NCBI GenBank assembly: GCA_041615815.1
Contig: JBFJCP010000013.1
Location: 1-64,000, forward strand
DNA from: Gemmatimonadales bacterium
GTDB taxonomy: Bacteria > Gemmatimonadota > Gemmatimonadetes > Gemmatimonadales > GWC2-71-9
DNA length: 64,000 nucleotides
Reading direction: 5' to 3'
Shown: piece by piece, positions 1 to 9,981 of the stretch
How positions within the stretch are numbered: the stretch's first letter is position 1
Layout of the letters: every line of letters begins with the position of its first letter
Made by a program: the position numbers and the translations under genes
Notes under the pieces: generated by a model
What the model was told of the DNA's origin: nothing
The model's database searches: none
What the model saw: the letters and a program-made list of their open reading frames with translations, nothing else

Positions 1-1076
1 GCATCGACGCCCGCGGAGAACGATACCGGAAATTCGAAGCCGAGATCCTCCCGGAAGCGCTGCATGAGATTCATGGAAATGACGTGCAGAGGCGGACCCG
101 ACACATACATGTACGGATCGGTCTGCGTGGGAAACATCGTGGGGTCGTTGGCCACCACCAGGGTGTTGGTGAACTTGGCCCCGATCGTGGATCCCCGTCG
201 TTCCGCAAGCTCGCGCAGGCTCACGAGGATGTTGAGCGCGTCGTCGTACATCAAATCGTGCTCGAAAGCCTCTCGGCGCAGCTGTAGGTGATCATAGCCG
301 AGCCGCCCGATGAGCAGCTCCTGCACTTGTGCGAATCCCAAGAGCGTTGGATTCAGTTTGATGATGGTATGCAGCCCGAGATCGTCGATGAGGTAACGGG
401 CGATGGCTTCGATCTGATCTGCCGGACAGCCATGGAACGTCGAGAGCGTCACGCAATCCGAAATCGACGTAGGAAGCTCGAGGTCCCGAAACTCCGCCAG
501 ATCGCCGGTGAGCTCCGCGCGAAGTTGATCGAACACCCTTCCCGGTTCTTTCAGCGTTTGGATGAATCCAGTCACCTTTGGTGACTGGATTCCCTCGAGA
601 TCGTACCCCACACTGATATCGAACACGGTATCGAAGCCCCCGTCACTCGGGAAGATCCCGAATCCGCGCGTGTGCTTCAGGATCTCGATCAGGTAGGTCG
701 CCTTGGCGTACTCCATGATCGACTCTTCAACCAGCAACTCCTGCGACCATTCCACATTGTACCCGATGTTCGGGACGTGGATGCACGGACGGGGAATTTG
801 CAGCCGGTCATTCACCTGTACCGTCTTGAGCTCGATGATCCGGCTTCCCGCGAGCCACGACAATACGATGTTTTGCGCCAATTGGGTGTGCGGCCCGGCC
901 GCAGGTCCAACGGGCGTGGATGCACGCCGGTCAAAATGCCAGGCGCTGAAATCCAACGATGGATCTGGGATGAACCACTTGCGCACAGGGAGATCGAACA
1001 TCGATTGATTAGCGGTGATCTCCCACCGCATGCGGCGAAGGAGATCGGGCAACGGGACCGGGACGAGCGCCGTCAC
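1..1076 (-). CDS. YgfK-like oxidoreductase (putative selenate reductase YgfK N-terminal region); runs off the window edge
   Basis: Absent from the ORF track because there is no stop in the window. GTG at 1076-1074 overlaps the Xdh TGA. My translation reads MTALVPVPLPDLLRRM...GPAAGPHTQLAQNIVLSWLAGSRIIELKTVQ...PRPCI...GYNVEWSQEL...TLSTFHGCP...IKLNPTLLG...KFTNTL...YVSGPPLH...SFSAGVD, which are YgfK-family motifs. Confidence 0.8.
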   Translation of the reverse strand, partial: MTALVPVPLPDLLRRMRWEITANQSMFDLPVRKWFIPDPSLDFSAWHFDRRASTPVGPAAGPHTQLAQNIVLSWLAGSRIIELKTVQVNDRLQIPRPCIHVPNIGYNVEWSQELLVEESIMEYAKATYLIEILKHTRGFGIFPSDGGFDTVFDISVGYDLEGIQSPKVTGFIQTLKEPGRVFDQLRAELTGDLAEFRDLELPTSISDCVTLSTFHGCPADQIEAIARYLIDDLGLHTIIKLNPTLLGFAQVQELLIGRLGYDHLQLRREAFEHDLMYDDALNILVSLRELAERRGSTIGAKFTNTLVVANDPTMFPTQTDPYMYVSGPPLHVISMNLMQRFREDLGFEFPVSFSAGVD

Positions 1077-3754
1077 CCCGCTTTCGCCGCCACCCTGCGC
1101 GACTTGGGGACCGATGGGCGGGCCGCCGGTGCATCGGTCATCGGAAGCCGGAAGCGGCGGATGCCATCGTAGGCATGGAGGGCGCCGGCAACGGCTCCGG
1201 CCGTGGGGACGAGGCCGATCTCGCCCACCCCTTTCGAGCCATATCCACCAATCTCGTCCGGCACCTCCACGAGGATCACATCGATCGGCGGCGTGTCTTT
1301 GGCCTTGAGAATGCCAAGATCCTTCAGGAGGAGCGAGTCCGGGTGCCCGTTGGTGCAGGGAAGATCCTCGGATAGCGCATACCCGAGTCCCATGTGAATG
1401 GACCCCTCGATCTGGCCGGTGCATAGCAGTGGATTGATGGCGCGGCCCACGTCGTGGGCAGCCACCACGCGCGCCAGTCGACCGGCGTCGTCCAGGATCA
1501 CCACCTGGGTGGCGTAGCTGAATGTCATGTGGGTCTTGGGATCGTCGGTGTCTTCTCCTGGCTTCGTGGTGATGTCACACACGTACTCGCCCAAGTACTC
1601 CCTGCCTTCGAGCTCGGTGAGCGTTCGGTCCGCGAGATCCGCCGCAAGCTTCTGTGCAGCGATCCGTCCCGCAGCCGAGGCGAGTGCCGTAGCCCTCGAG
1701 GCCGTGGTCATGCCGCACACGATCGCGGGATGGCTTCCCGTCCGCACCGTCATGATCTCGGGATCGAGCCCCGTTTCCTCGCAGACGACCTGCCTGAGCA
1801 CGGTGAACAGCCCCTGCCCCATCTCCGTATAGCCGGTGAAGATCTCCACATGATCGCCACTCAGCACGCGAAGCATCACGCGCCCCGAGTCGTCCATCCC
1901 ATTGCCAATGCCGGTGTTCTTGATCCCGCATGCGATGCCGGCGTACTTCGCATTCCGATAAATGTCCTTCACCGCCTCCAGGGTCTGTCGGATACCACAG
2001 CTCCCAGTCATCCGCTGTCCGGTGGCAAACTCGTCACCCGGGCCCAGGATATTGCGGTCACGGATCTCGTAGCCGTCCACGCCAACCCGCTGAGCCAGCA
2101 GATCCATGACCCCCTCGATGGCAAACGCCGCCTGGTTGGCGCCGAATCCGCGCATTGCGCCGCACGGCGGATTGTTGGTATACACCGTCTTCGCTTGGAT
2201 GTCGACATTGGGCACGCGATAGGGACCACAGGAATGGCCGGCGGCCCGCTCCAGCACCTTCATACCCACGGAAGCGTATGCGCCAGTATCGCCAACGATA
2301 CGAGCGCGTACCGCCGTGAGTCTGCCCTGGGCATCTGCCCCGACGGTGTACTGCAGCGTGATGGGGTGTCGTTTCGGGTGGATCCGGATGGACTGCTCTC
2401 GAGTGAGCACGGTCTTGACCGGCCGCTGAAGCAACCGGGCCGCGAGAGCGGTCTGAGCCTGGATCGACAAGTCCTCCTTGCCCCCGAACGCGCCGCCGTT
2501 GGTCACCAGCTCCACATCGATGCCGTCTGGATCGATCCCGAGGACGGCTCCGATTTGTTGTTGGTCGTCGTGCACGCCTTGTCCCTGGGAATACACCCGC
2601 AGGCGATCGCCGTCTGGCAGGGCCATGCATGCTTCCGGCTCGAGATAGGCGTGCTCGATGCGTTGCGTGACAAATGTTTGCTCGATGACATGCTGGGAAT
2701 GGGCCAGTGCCGCCTCGACGTCACCTCTCGAAAAGGCACAAACTTCCAGGAGGTTCCCAGATTCGTGAACAGCGGGCGAGCCTGGCTCGAGTGCCGCGAT
2801 TGGATCGATGACGGGATCCAAAGCCTGGTATTCCACGCGAACCGCATCAGCGGCCTGCCGGGCACGAAACATGGTGTCGGCCACCACCAGCGCGAGCACA
2901 TCGCCCAGGCAGTGAGTCGTTTCTCCTTCGGCAACGAATACGGGCCAGTCATGGACGATTAGCCCAATGTGACGCGCCCCGGGTACATCCACCGCCGTGA
3001 GCACCCGCTGGACCCCCGGCATCGCCAGGGCCGGGCCCGTATCGATCTTCAGGACCCGGGCTCGCGGGTGTTCGCTCAACACAACGGCGCCATGCAGCAT
3101 CTGGTCGATCGCAAGGTCGGCCACATAATCCTTCTCGCCCATGGCATGCTCGAATCCACGATAGCGCGCGCTGCTGCCACCCACGCCGTTTCCGTCCGGC
3201 CCCTGCGTGGGCACAATCCCGCGAATCAAACCAAAGTCTTCGCCGAAGAAATGTGGCCGCCGCGGCTCCGCGCTGAGGGGTGTGCCACCGTTATTCCACG
3301 CCTCTCCGGCCGTCTGGATCGCGTCGAGGATCCGTTGATAGCCTGTGCATCGGCAGAGATGGCCGGAGAGCGCCTTCGACGCGGCGTCTCGGTCCGTCGC
3401 TTTGCCATTGGTCAGCAGCGAAGCCGCCCGCACCACGATTCCGGGAATGCAGTAGCCACACTGGATCGCTCCCTCTTGGACGAACGCGTCCGAGAGCACC
3501 CGCCGCTGAGCTTCGGAGATTCCCTCGAGCGTGACGACGTTCCGTCCCTCCACCTGGGACGGCCGCCGGAGGCAGGCGAGGACCGGGCGACCATCAACGA
3601 GCACGGCGCAACACCCGCACCCACCCTGCGGGGCGCAGCCGTCCTTGGGCGAGGTGATCCCACACTCGTCTCGTAGCACCTCGAGAAAGTGCATGCCCCG
3701 CTCGAAGCTGGCGGTCGTGGGTTTGCCGTTGAGAGTGAACGAGACGGTCGGCAT
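1073..3754 (-). CDS. xdh: Selenium-dependent xanthine dehydrogenase-type molybdenum hydroxylase (2Fe-2S + Moco domains fused)
   Basis: 2Fe-2S motifs GCAPQGGCGCC, QCGYC and LCRCTGY; Moco-domain motifs GGAFGGKE, AMRGFG, GQIEG and KGVGE; no FAD domain. ATG at 3754 (MPTVSFTLNG) preferred over the ORF-track start at 3793. Confidence 0.85.
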   Translation of the reverse strand: MPTVSFTLNGKPTTASFERGMHFLEVLRDECGITSPKDGCAPQGGCGCCAVLVDGRPVLACLRRPSQVEGRNVVTLEGISEAQRRVLSDAFVQEGAIQCGYCIPGIVVRAASLLTNGKATDRDAASKALSGHLCRCTGYQRILDAIQTAGEAWNNGGTPLSAEPRRPHFFGEDFGLIRGIVPTQGPDGNGVGGSSARYRGFEHAMGEKDYVADLAIDQMLHGAVVLSEHPRARVLKIDTGPALAMPGVQRVLTAVDVPGARHIGLIVHDWPVFVAEGETTHCLGDVLALVVADTMFRARQAADAVRVEYQALDPVIDPIAALEPGSPAVHESGNLLEVCAFSRGDVEAALAHSQHVIEQTFVTQRIEHAYLEPEACMALPDGDRLRVYSQGQGVHDDQQQIGAVLGIDPDGIDVELVTNGGAFGGKEDLSIQAQTALAARLLQRPVKTVLTREQSIRIHPKRHPITLQYTVGADAQGRLTAVRARIVGDTGAYASVGMKVLERAAGHSCGPYRVPNVDIQAKTVYTNNPPCGAMRGFGANQAAFAIEGVMDLLAQRVGVDGYEIRDRNILGPGDEFATGQRMTGSCGIRQTLEAVKDIYRNAKYAGIACGIKNTGIGNGMDDSGRVMLRVLSGDHVEIFTGYTEMGQGLFTVLRQVVCEETGLDPEIMTVRTGSHPAIVCGMTTASRATALASAAGRIAAQKLAADLADRTLTELEGREYLGEYVCDITTKPGEDTDDPKTHMTFSYATQVVILDDAGRLARVVAAHDVGRAINPLLCTGQIEGSIHMGLGYALSEDLPCTNGHPDSLLLKDLGILKAKDTPPIDVILVEVPDEIGGYGSKGVGEIGLVPTAGAVAGALHAYDGIRRFRLPMTDAPAARPSVPKSRRVAAKAG

Positions 3755-3962
3755 CAACACACCATCCCAACGTTGGAGGTCATCAGGGCCCACAGGTCCG
3801 TACGGGCACCCACCCTTCCTTTAATAAACGTACAGGATCCGCGGCGGAGTCCAAGCCCGGGACCTCCACGGGGGGCGCGGGCTCCCCACCCTTGCGCGCC
3901 ACGCCATTGCACTGTTCCTATCTTCCGTACATTGATCGACCGACTCGGCCGCCTCACATCGG

Positions 3963-4355
3963 CTCTCAAGGTGGATTGTCATACACGGGGAGGCGAGCGG
4001 ACCCACGGGGGTCTCCTTGCGGGTGGTGGACGGAACCAGCGGGCGACGGCAGGTATTGCCGGGTGGTGGCAAAACACTCCGTTGGACACGGGGAGGGCGG
4101 GAAATCGTATACCGGCGTGGCGATGCGCTCTTCGCCGTCTCCGTCGACCCCCAAAGCGGCGAGGTGGGTACCCCCGTTCTGCTGTTCCGTGGGCCGTACC
4201 GCGCCAGGAAGGCGTATGCCGGGTGCAACGACTACGACGTGACCGCCGACGGGAATCGATTCCTCTTCGTGAAGCCCGTCGTGGAGCTCGGAGCGCTGCC
4301 GATCGTGGTGACGCTGAACTGGTTCGAGGAGTTGAAGGAGAAGATGGGAGGATGA
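3963..4355 (+). pseudogene. Remnant C-terminus of a Ser/Thr kinase-TolB/PD40 beta-propeller protein
   Basis: Frame reads RWIVIHGEASG...RQVLPGGGKTLRWTRGGREIVYRRGDALFAV...YDVTADGNRFLFVK...IVVTLNWFEELK, the typical tail of kinase-propeller proteins. No N-terminal part is present and there is no convincing start. Confidence 0.65.
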
Positions 4356-4732
4356 GTTACGGGCAGATGTCGGTGGCCAAGGGTCGATCTGGGAAGCTCA
4401 AGATCGGACTGCTACTCTGGCTCATTGTGCTCGGCGGCGCCGGCTACTACAGCATGGCGATCGGAGGTGTGTACTGGCGACGCTACAGGCTCGAAGACGC
4501 CGTCATGCGAGATCTCAGTTTTGCCGGTCAGTTGACGGACGAGGCAATCCAGCGACACGTGCTGGAGCAGGTTGACCAAATGAACCTGCCGCCCGAAGCC
4601 CGCCGCGTTCAGTTCGTGCGCACGGAAGGGCCGCGCGCCCTTCAAGTCACGATATCGTACGCGGAAACGGTCAACTTGCTGTTCACCACGAGGCAATTCC
4701 CCGTCTCGATCCACATCCGCCGCGTTTTTTGA
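4352..4732 (+). CDS. Small membrane-anchored protein (DUF4845-like / pilin-like N-terminus)
   Basis: ATG at 4352 overlaps the upstream TGA and is preceded by GGAGG/AAGGAG. Basic leader, then G and a hydrophobic helix (KGRSGKLKIGLLLWLIVLGGAGYY), then a ~90 aa soluble domain. Confidence 0.6.
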   Translation: MSYGQMSVAKGRSGKLKIGLLLWLIVLGGAGYYSMAIGGVYWRRYRLEDAVMRDLSFAGQLTDEAIQRHVLEQVDQMNLPPEARRVQFVRTEGPRALQVTISYAETVNLLFTTRQFPVSIHIRRVF

Positions 4733-4886
4733 TATTCGTCCGGGTGATGGAGGATAAGCGTGACGGCATTCTCGCACTCCTCCCGACCCTGCGCTCGAAT
4801 CCCTCGAGGCCTGGGCACCGGTCGGATGCGGGCAATCACTGACCGAACGTGACCCTGGTACGGGCGTGTCCTACCCGATCTCGTAC

Positions 4887-5339
4887 TTAACGCACTTCAG
4901 CACCCACACCAATCGCCGGGCTCTGTTTCTCCAGTAATCGTCCCACCGCCACTGCTTCTTCGGACAAAAGCTCGAGCACATCATCGAGACTGAGAACGCC
5001 GACCATTCGGCCCCCCTCACGGGTCACCAACAAACGCCGGGTGGCCGCGCTCACCATCCTGGAGAGCGCGTCTTCGATCGGGGTGTCCTGATCTACCGAC
5101 TGCACCGGCGTCGACATCAACTGCGATACGGGGGTTGTCTCGGCGTCGAGCCCCGTAGCCACGCACCGCGTAACGATGTCCCGATCGGTTAGGATGCCCC
5201 TTGCCCGGCTCACACTATCTGGATCGGTGACCACCAGCGTCCCCACCTCATGCTCAGCCATGCGCTGGGCAGCGACTCTGACGGTCTCATCTGGCGCCGC
5301 CGTCGCCACCACGCGGGTGCAGATCCTCCCCGCTGACAT
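4887..5339 (-). CDS. CBS domain-containing protein
   Basis: Tandem CBS pair (GILTDRDIV; VGVLSLDDVL); AGGAGG RBS upstream. Confidence 0.9.
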   Translation of the reverse strand: MSAGRICTRVVATAAPDETVRVAAQRMAEHEVGTLVVTDPDSVSRARGILTDRDIVTRCVATGLDAETTPVSQLMSTPVQSVDQDTPIEDALSRMVSAATRRLLVTREGGRMVGVLSLDDVLELLSEEAVAVGRLLEKQSPAIGVGAEVR

Positions 5340-5460
5340 AGTGCCTCCTGGCTACTCCGTACACTCAACCTGCTCTCGGCAATAGCTAATGAAGGCAGTG
5401 TGATGCCGAGCTGAAGCCGGAATGAACCTGGTGTCGGAACGCGAACACCGAGCGGCGGCT

Positions 5461-5952
5461 CTAACTCCCTCCACCCACCGGTGCGGCCATTCCACCCAAC
5501 TGCTTCCACTGTCCCTGGATCCGCTTCCACACCTCGAATCGGCGATTCTCGAGGAAGCTCACCGTTCCCTTGGTATCCTCCCTCTGCCAGTGGGAGCTGA
5601 CGAACACGAGCGCCATGTCGCCATCGATGGTGATTGCCAGCGGGCGCAACGCGGACCAATCCCACCGCGTCAAGCCCCAGGTAAAGAGCCCGCGAGACAT
5701 GCCGCGCTCCAGCTCACGAGTGGTGTTGGGGGATGACCACTCGGTCCACCAGAATCGAACCTCGGCGGAGGCGAGACAGCGATCTGCCCATGTTCCAAAC
5801 TGCTTCGCTTGCACGGCCTGTTGCCACGCATCCCAGCACTGTTCCATGGCCGTCATCACCTCTCGCTGGGTCTCGTTCCATTGCTGGGCTCCGGCGGGCG
5901 GCGCCGCGAGAGTGAGTAGCACAGCTACGAGGATTGCAGAGCTCATTTTCAT
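5461..5952 (-). CDS. Secreted NTF2/SnoaL-like (DUF4440) protein
   Basis: Signal peptide MKMSSAILVAVLLTLAAPPAGA; NTF2-like tail ITIDGDMALV...RFEVWKRIQGQWKQL; GGAGG RBS. Confidence 0.7.
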   Translation of the reverse strand: MKMSSAILVAVLLTLAAPPAGAQQWNETQREVMTAMEQCWDAWQQAVQAKQFGTWADRCLASAEVRFWWTEWSSPNTTRELERGMSRGLFTWGLTRWDWSALRPLAITIDGDMALVFVSSHWQREDTKGTVSFLENRRFEVWKRIQGQWKQLGGMAAPVGGGS

Positions 5953-6138
5953 GGGAATACCCTCCGTTGTGAAACCAACGTCGGACAAGCAACCCGCTAC
6001 TAGGTTGCCCATTGAAGCGGAAGTCGCAACATTTCCGCCCAGCCAGCGAGCCAGAGGAATGTCTTATCTCATGCTTCGTGACTATTTCGTTAGAGCCCAC
6101 GACATCCCGAGTCACCACCAACCCTTCGAGTGAGACCA

Positions 6139-7566
6139 ATGTCGACACCCTCAACACGTCGTTTGCTCTCCGTCATCACCATGACCGTCGCCACCGTCCC
6201 CGTCCTGCTGCTGGGCTACCAGCCGGGAGGAGGCGAGGCGCTCGTCGGCACGGAAGACGCTGTCCTCACCCACGCTCCCGCTGTTCCTCCCCCCATCAGC
6301 CGCAACCACCCGACCCGCGTAGTCGTCAACCTCGAGACTCGAGAGCTCGTGCAGCGGCTTGCGGACGGGGTGGATTATACGTTTTGGACGTTTGGCGGCG
6401 AGGTGCCGGGTCAATTCATCCGGGTGCGGGAGGGGGACGTCGTGGAATTCCACCTCAACAACCGACCGGACAGCCGCATGCCTCACAATATCGACCTGCA
6501 CGCGGTCACGGGTCCAGGCGGCGGGGCCACATCCTCACTTGTGAGTCCAGGACAGACAGCCACCTTCGTCTTCAAGGCACTCAATGCTGGCCTGTACGTC
6601 TACCACTGCGCCACCGCTCCCGTGGGGATGCACATCGCAAACGGGATGTACGGGCTGATCCTCGTCGAGCCTGCTGAAGGGCTTCCGCCCGTAGATCGGG
6701 AGTACTATGTGATGCAGGGGGAGTTCTATACGGGCGGCCGCTACGGCGAGCCGGGACTTCAGCCATTCAGCATGGAGAAAGCCCTGGCTGAGAATCCTGA
6801 TTACGTGGTGTTCAATGGGGCCGTCGGATCGATGTCGGCGGAGAACGCGCTGACTGCCGCGGTGGGAGAGACGGTTCGCCTGTTCGTCGGCAACGGCGGC
6901 CCGAACCTGATCTCGTCGTTCCACGTGATCGGTGAGATCTTCGACCGCGTCTACCAGGAGGCGGGTTCCGCCGTGACGAGGAACATCCAGACGACCCTGA
7001 TACCCGCCGGCGGTGCAACCATCGTGGAGTTCGAAACCCAGGTCCCCGGCAACTACATCTTGGTGGATCACTCGATCTTTCGCGCGTTCAACAAGGGTGC
7101 CCTCGGCATCCTGGCGATCACGGGTCCGGCGGAATCAGCGATCTACTCCGGGCGGATCGAGGAGGGAGTGTACGTACCCGAGGGCGGCGCAATCCAAACG
7201 ATCCCGGGCGCGGAACCCCAGCCAACACGCGCGTCGACGACCCAGGAACGCATCGCGTTCGGGGAGCGAGTCTATGCGCAAAACTGCGTTGCCTGCCACC
7301 AGGCTAACGGCCAGGGAATTCCTGGCGCGTTCCCACCCTTGGCAGGCTCTGACTACCTGAATGCCGACAAGATTCGCGCGATACGCATCGTGTTGAACGG
7401 GCTGGATGGCACCATCACAGTGAATGGCAACACATACGACGGTGTCATGCCTGCGCTCCAGCTATCGGACGACGACGTGGCGAACGTGCTATCGTACGTT
7501 TACAGCCAATGGGACAATTCAGGACTTGTCGTTGCCCCGTCGGAGGTGCGCACGGTGCGGCAATAG
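6139..7566 (+). CDS. nirK: Copper-containing nitrite reductase with C-terminal cytochrome c domain
   Basis: Cu ligand motifs [26 protein letters not shown] and LVDH; C-terminal haem motif CVACH with distal Met (VMPAL). Confidence 0.95.
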   Translation: MSTPSTRRLLSVITMTVATVPVLLLGYQPGGGEALVGTEDAVLTHAPAVPPPISRNHPTRVVVNLETRELVQRLADGVDYTFWTFGGEVPGQFIRVREGDVVEFHLNNRPDSRMPHNIDLHAVTGPGGGATSSLVSPGQTATFVFKALNAGLYVYHCATAPVGMHIANGMYGLILVEPAEGLPPVDREYYVMQGEFYTGGRYGEPGLQPFSMEKALAENPDYVVFNGAVGSMSAENALTAAVGETVRLFVGNGGPNLISSFHVIGEIFDRVYQEAGSAVTRNIQTTLIPAGGATIVEFETQVPGNYILVDHSIFRAFNKGALGILAITGPAESAIYSGRIEEGVYVPEGGAIQTIPGAEPQPTRASTTQERIAFGERVYAQNCVACHQANGQGIPGAFPPLAGSDYLNADKIRAIRIVLNGLDGTITVNGNTYDGVMPALQLSDDDVANVLSYVYSQWDNSGLVVAPSEVRTVRQ

Positions 7567-7630
7567 GGGATCGTTGCCGGAATGCGCCACCGCGACATAC
7601 TGCCATACTACCGATAGCGATTCGCGCCCC

Positions 7631-8488
7631 ATGATCGACGTCGATCGGGTCAGCTTCACGTATCCCGGAGGACAGCGCCCTGCTGCCAGGGACCTCAACT
7701 TCCGGATCGAGGAAGGCGAGATCTTCGGGTTCCTGGGCCCCAGCGGTGCCGGGAAGACGACCACGCAGAACATCCTGATCGGCTTGTTGCGCGACTACTC
7801 CGGCCGAGTGACGGTGATGGGCCGTCCACTCGAAACGTGGGGGGGCGACTACTACGAGCAGATCGGTGTCTCATTCGAGTCACCCAACCACTATCTCAAG
7901 CTCACGGCGCTCGAGAACCTGAGTTACTTCCGTTCGCTCTACCGTGGTCCCACGGAAGAGCCCGCACTGCTGCTGGCACTCGTCGGTCTCACCGAGCATG
8001 CACACAAGCGTGTTGCCGAGTTCTCGAAGGGCATGAAGAACCGCCTCAACTTTGCCAGGAGCCTGCTCCACCGTCCCAAGCTCTGGTTTCTAGACGAGCC
8101 CACCGCCGGACTCGATCCTGCCAACGCGAAGAACAATCGCGAAATCATCAAGGCCAGGCGGGAGGCTGGTACCACCGTTTTTCTCACGACCCATGACATG
8201 ACGGTGGCGGACCAGCTGTGCGATCGTGTGGGATTCATCGTGGATGGGGCCTTGGAGGTGATCGATGCCCCCACAGCGCTCAAGCGACAGTACGGCAAAC
8301 GAAGCGTGGTGGTCGAGTTCGAGGCCGAGAAGGGAGGTACCGAGACTCGGGAGTTTCCGTTGGACGGACTCGCGGACAACCAGCTCTTCCTCCAGACCCT
8401 CCGCGCAGGGCAGCTGAACACCATTCACAGCCAAGAAACGACGCTCGAAGAGGTTTTCCTCGCTGTGACCGGGAGAACGCTCGAGTGA
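7631..8488 (+). CDS. ABC exporter ATP-binding protein (Rv2688c-like fluoroquinolone-export family)
   Basis: Walker A GPSGAGKTT, signature FSKGMK, Walker B FLDEPT, TTH switch. Confidence 0.9.
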   Translation: MIDVDRVSFTYPGGQRPAARDLNFRIEEGEIFGFLGPSGAGKTTTQNILIGLLRDYSGRVTVMGRPLETWGGDYYEQIGVSFESPNHYLKLTALENLSYFRSLYRGPTEEPALLLALVGLTEHAHKRVAEFSKGMKNRLNFARSLLHRPKLWFLDEPTAGLDPANAKNNREIIKARREAGTTVFLTTHDMTVADQLCDRVGFIVDGALEVIDAPTALKRQYGKRSVVVEFEAEKGGTETREFPLDGLADNQLFLQTLRAGQLNTIHSQETTLEEVFLAVTGRTLE

Positions 8489-9198
8489 GACGCCTCGTCT
8501 CCACAGTGCTTTTGGACATCAAGGTCCAGAGTCGCAACAAACTCTACGTGATCGGGATCAGCGTAGCGCTGGTTGTTGGCATTTCCATGGGCCGGATCTT
8601 CGACCACGAGACCATTCGGACAATCTTGCCAGTGCTCTTTTTGGGATCGCTTGGCGGCACCACGTATATGTTTGTGGCGGGGATGGTGCTCTTCGAGAAG
8701 AGCGAACGAACGAATAACGCGCTTTCCGTGACACCGCTGCGTCGGCGAGAATACATTGTCTCGAAGACGATCACCCTCTCGGCATTCGCCACAATCGAAA
8801 GCGTGATCCTTCTGTTCGCCGCATTCGGCCTTCGGGAATTCAACCCCGCAGCGCTGGCGGCTGGTATCGTGAGCATGGGCGCCATCTATACGCTGTTCGG
8901 GTTGGCACAGGTGGCACGCCATCACTCCGTAACAGATTTTCTCGTTCCCGGAGCAATCCTGATCAGCGCCGTGTTGCAGTTGCCCGCGGTTCACCTCCTC
9001 AACATCTTTCCGAGCCCACTCTGGTATCTGATTCCCACCCAGGCACAAGCACTGCTGATGAAAGGGGCGCTGCAGCCGATCCCTGCGTGGGAGTGGATCT
9101 ATGCCGTTAGCTTCACGATCATCGTTCTACCCGTCGCCTACATCGTGGCCTACCGACGTGTCGCGAAATACGTTCTGGGACCGGGAACCATAACATGA
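8485..9198 (+). CDS. ABC-2 type exporter permease
   Basis: GTG overlaps the upstream TGA; multiple TM helices; LFEKSERT..ALSVTPL motif. Confidence 0.8.
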   Translation: MRRLVSTVLLDIKVQSRNKLYVIGISVALVVGISMGRIFDHETIRTILPVLFLGSLGGTTYMFVAGMVLFEKSERTNNALSVTPLRRREYIVSKTITLSAFATIESVILLFAAFGLREFNPAALAAGIVSMGAIYTLFGLAQVARHHSVTDFLVPGAILISAVLQLPAVHLLNIFPSPLWYLIPTQAQALLMKGALQPIPAWEWIYAVSFTIIVLPVAYIVAYRRVAKYVLGPGTIT

Positions 9199-9938
9199 CG
9201 ATTCCGTTGACGGCTTTGAGGAGTGTCGCGGCGGTCGACGCGCGCCTCGTGGCCAGAGATCGGTTTTTGGCGTGGATGACGGTGTTTATCCTCGTGCTTT
9301 CGATCGCTTTCCGTTTTGCCTTCCCGGCCGCCGCGAATGCGCTCCGTGCCACATTCGGATTCGATCTCGAGACCTACTATCCGCTGCTGACCAGTTTCGT
9401 GGTGATGACCTTTGGTGCGCCGTTGATCGGGATGATCATGGGTTTCGTCCTGGTGGAAGCTCGAGAGGACAACACTCTCAAAGCGCTCATGGTTTCTCCA
9501 CTTTCCTTCGATTGGTATATGACGTACAAAGCAGTAACACCGATTCTACTGGGATGCGTCACGGCACCGGTGGTCGCGCTGATCGTGGGTGTGGGCTTGC
9601 CACCGCTCGGACCGCTTCTGCTCATTTGCGTCGTCGCTTCGATCATGGCGGGGATCTCGGCGCTCGTGATTGCCACGTTCTGCGACAACAAGGTCCAGGC
9701 TTTTGCGGTACTCAAGATCTCAGGAGCGAGTGGATGGATCCCACTAGCCGCCTATTTTATTTCGGAGCCGTGGCAATATTTGGCTGGTCTCTTCCCCCAT
9801 TATTGGGTCTTCAAGGCGTATTGGCTGGCCACGGAGGGCCGCGTGTCCTGGATTTTCGCCCTCGGAATGGGAACGATTACCTTGTCGCTGACGCTGTGGC
9901 TGCTCATGAAACGGTTTCAGGTGGTGGCGCGGCGCTGA
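9195..9938 (+). CDS. ABC-2 type exporter permease
   Basis: Multiple TM helices; EAREDNTLKALMVSPL and NKVQAFA motifs; translationally coupled to the previous gene. Confidence 0.8.
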   Translation: MTIPLTALRSVAAVDARLVARDRFLAWMTVFILVLSIAFRFAFPAAANALRATFGFDLETYYPLLTSFVVMTFGAPLIGMIMGFVLVEAREDNTLKALMVSPLSFDWYMTYKAVTPILLGCVTAPVVALIVGVGLPPLGPLLLICVVASIMAGISALVIATFCDNKVQAFAVLKISGASGWIPLAAYFISEPWQYLAGLFPHYWVFKAYWLATEGRVSWIFALGMGTITLSLTLWLLMKRFQVVARR

Positions 9939-9981
9939 GTGTACGATACCACTCACCTCGAGGTACTTGGATGGAGATGCC

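Noticed and set aside
3755..3960. Moco or purine riboswitch, or sigma-54 promoter, upstream of xdh
   Set aside because: No consensus elements found; GG-N10-GC spacing is not satisfied.
3689..4351. 5' part of the 347-aa ORF 3689..4732
   Set aside because: Arg/Pro-rich non-protein-like sequence overlapping the xdh start; the real gene appears to begin at ATG 4352.
5953..6138. FNR/DNR box upstream of nirK
   Set aside because: No TTGAT-N4-ATCAA-like palindrome visible.
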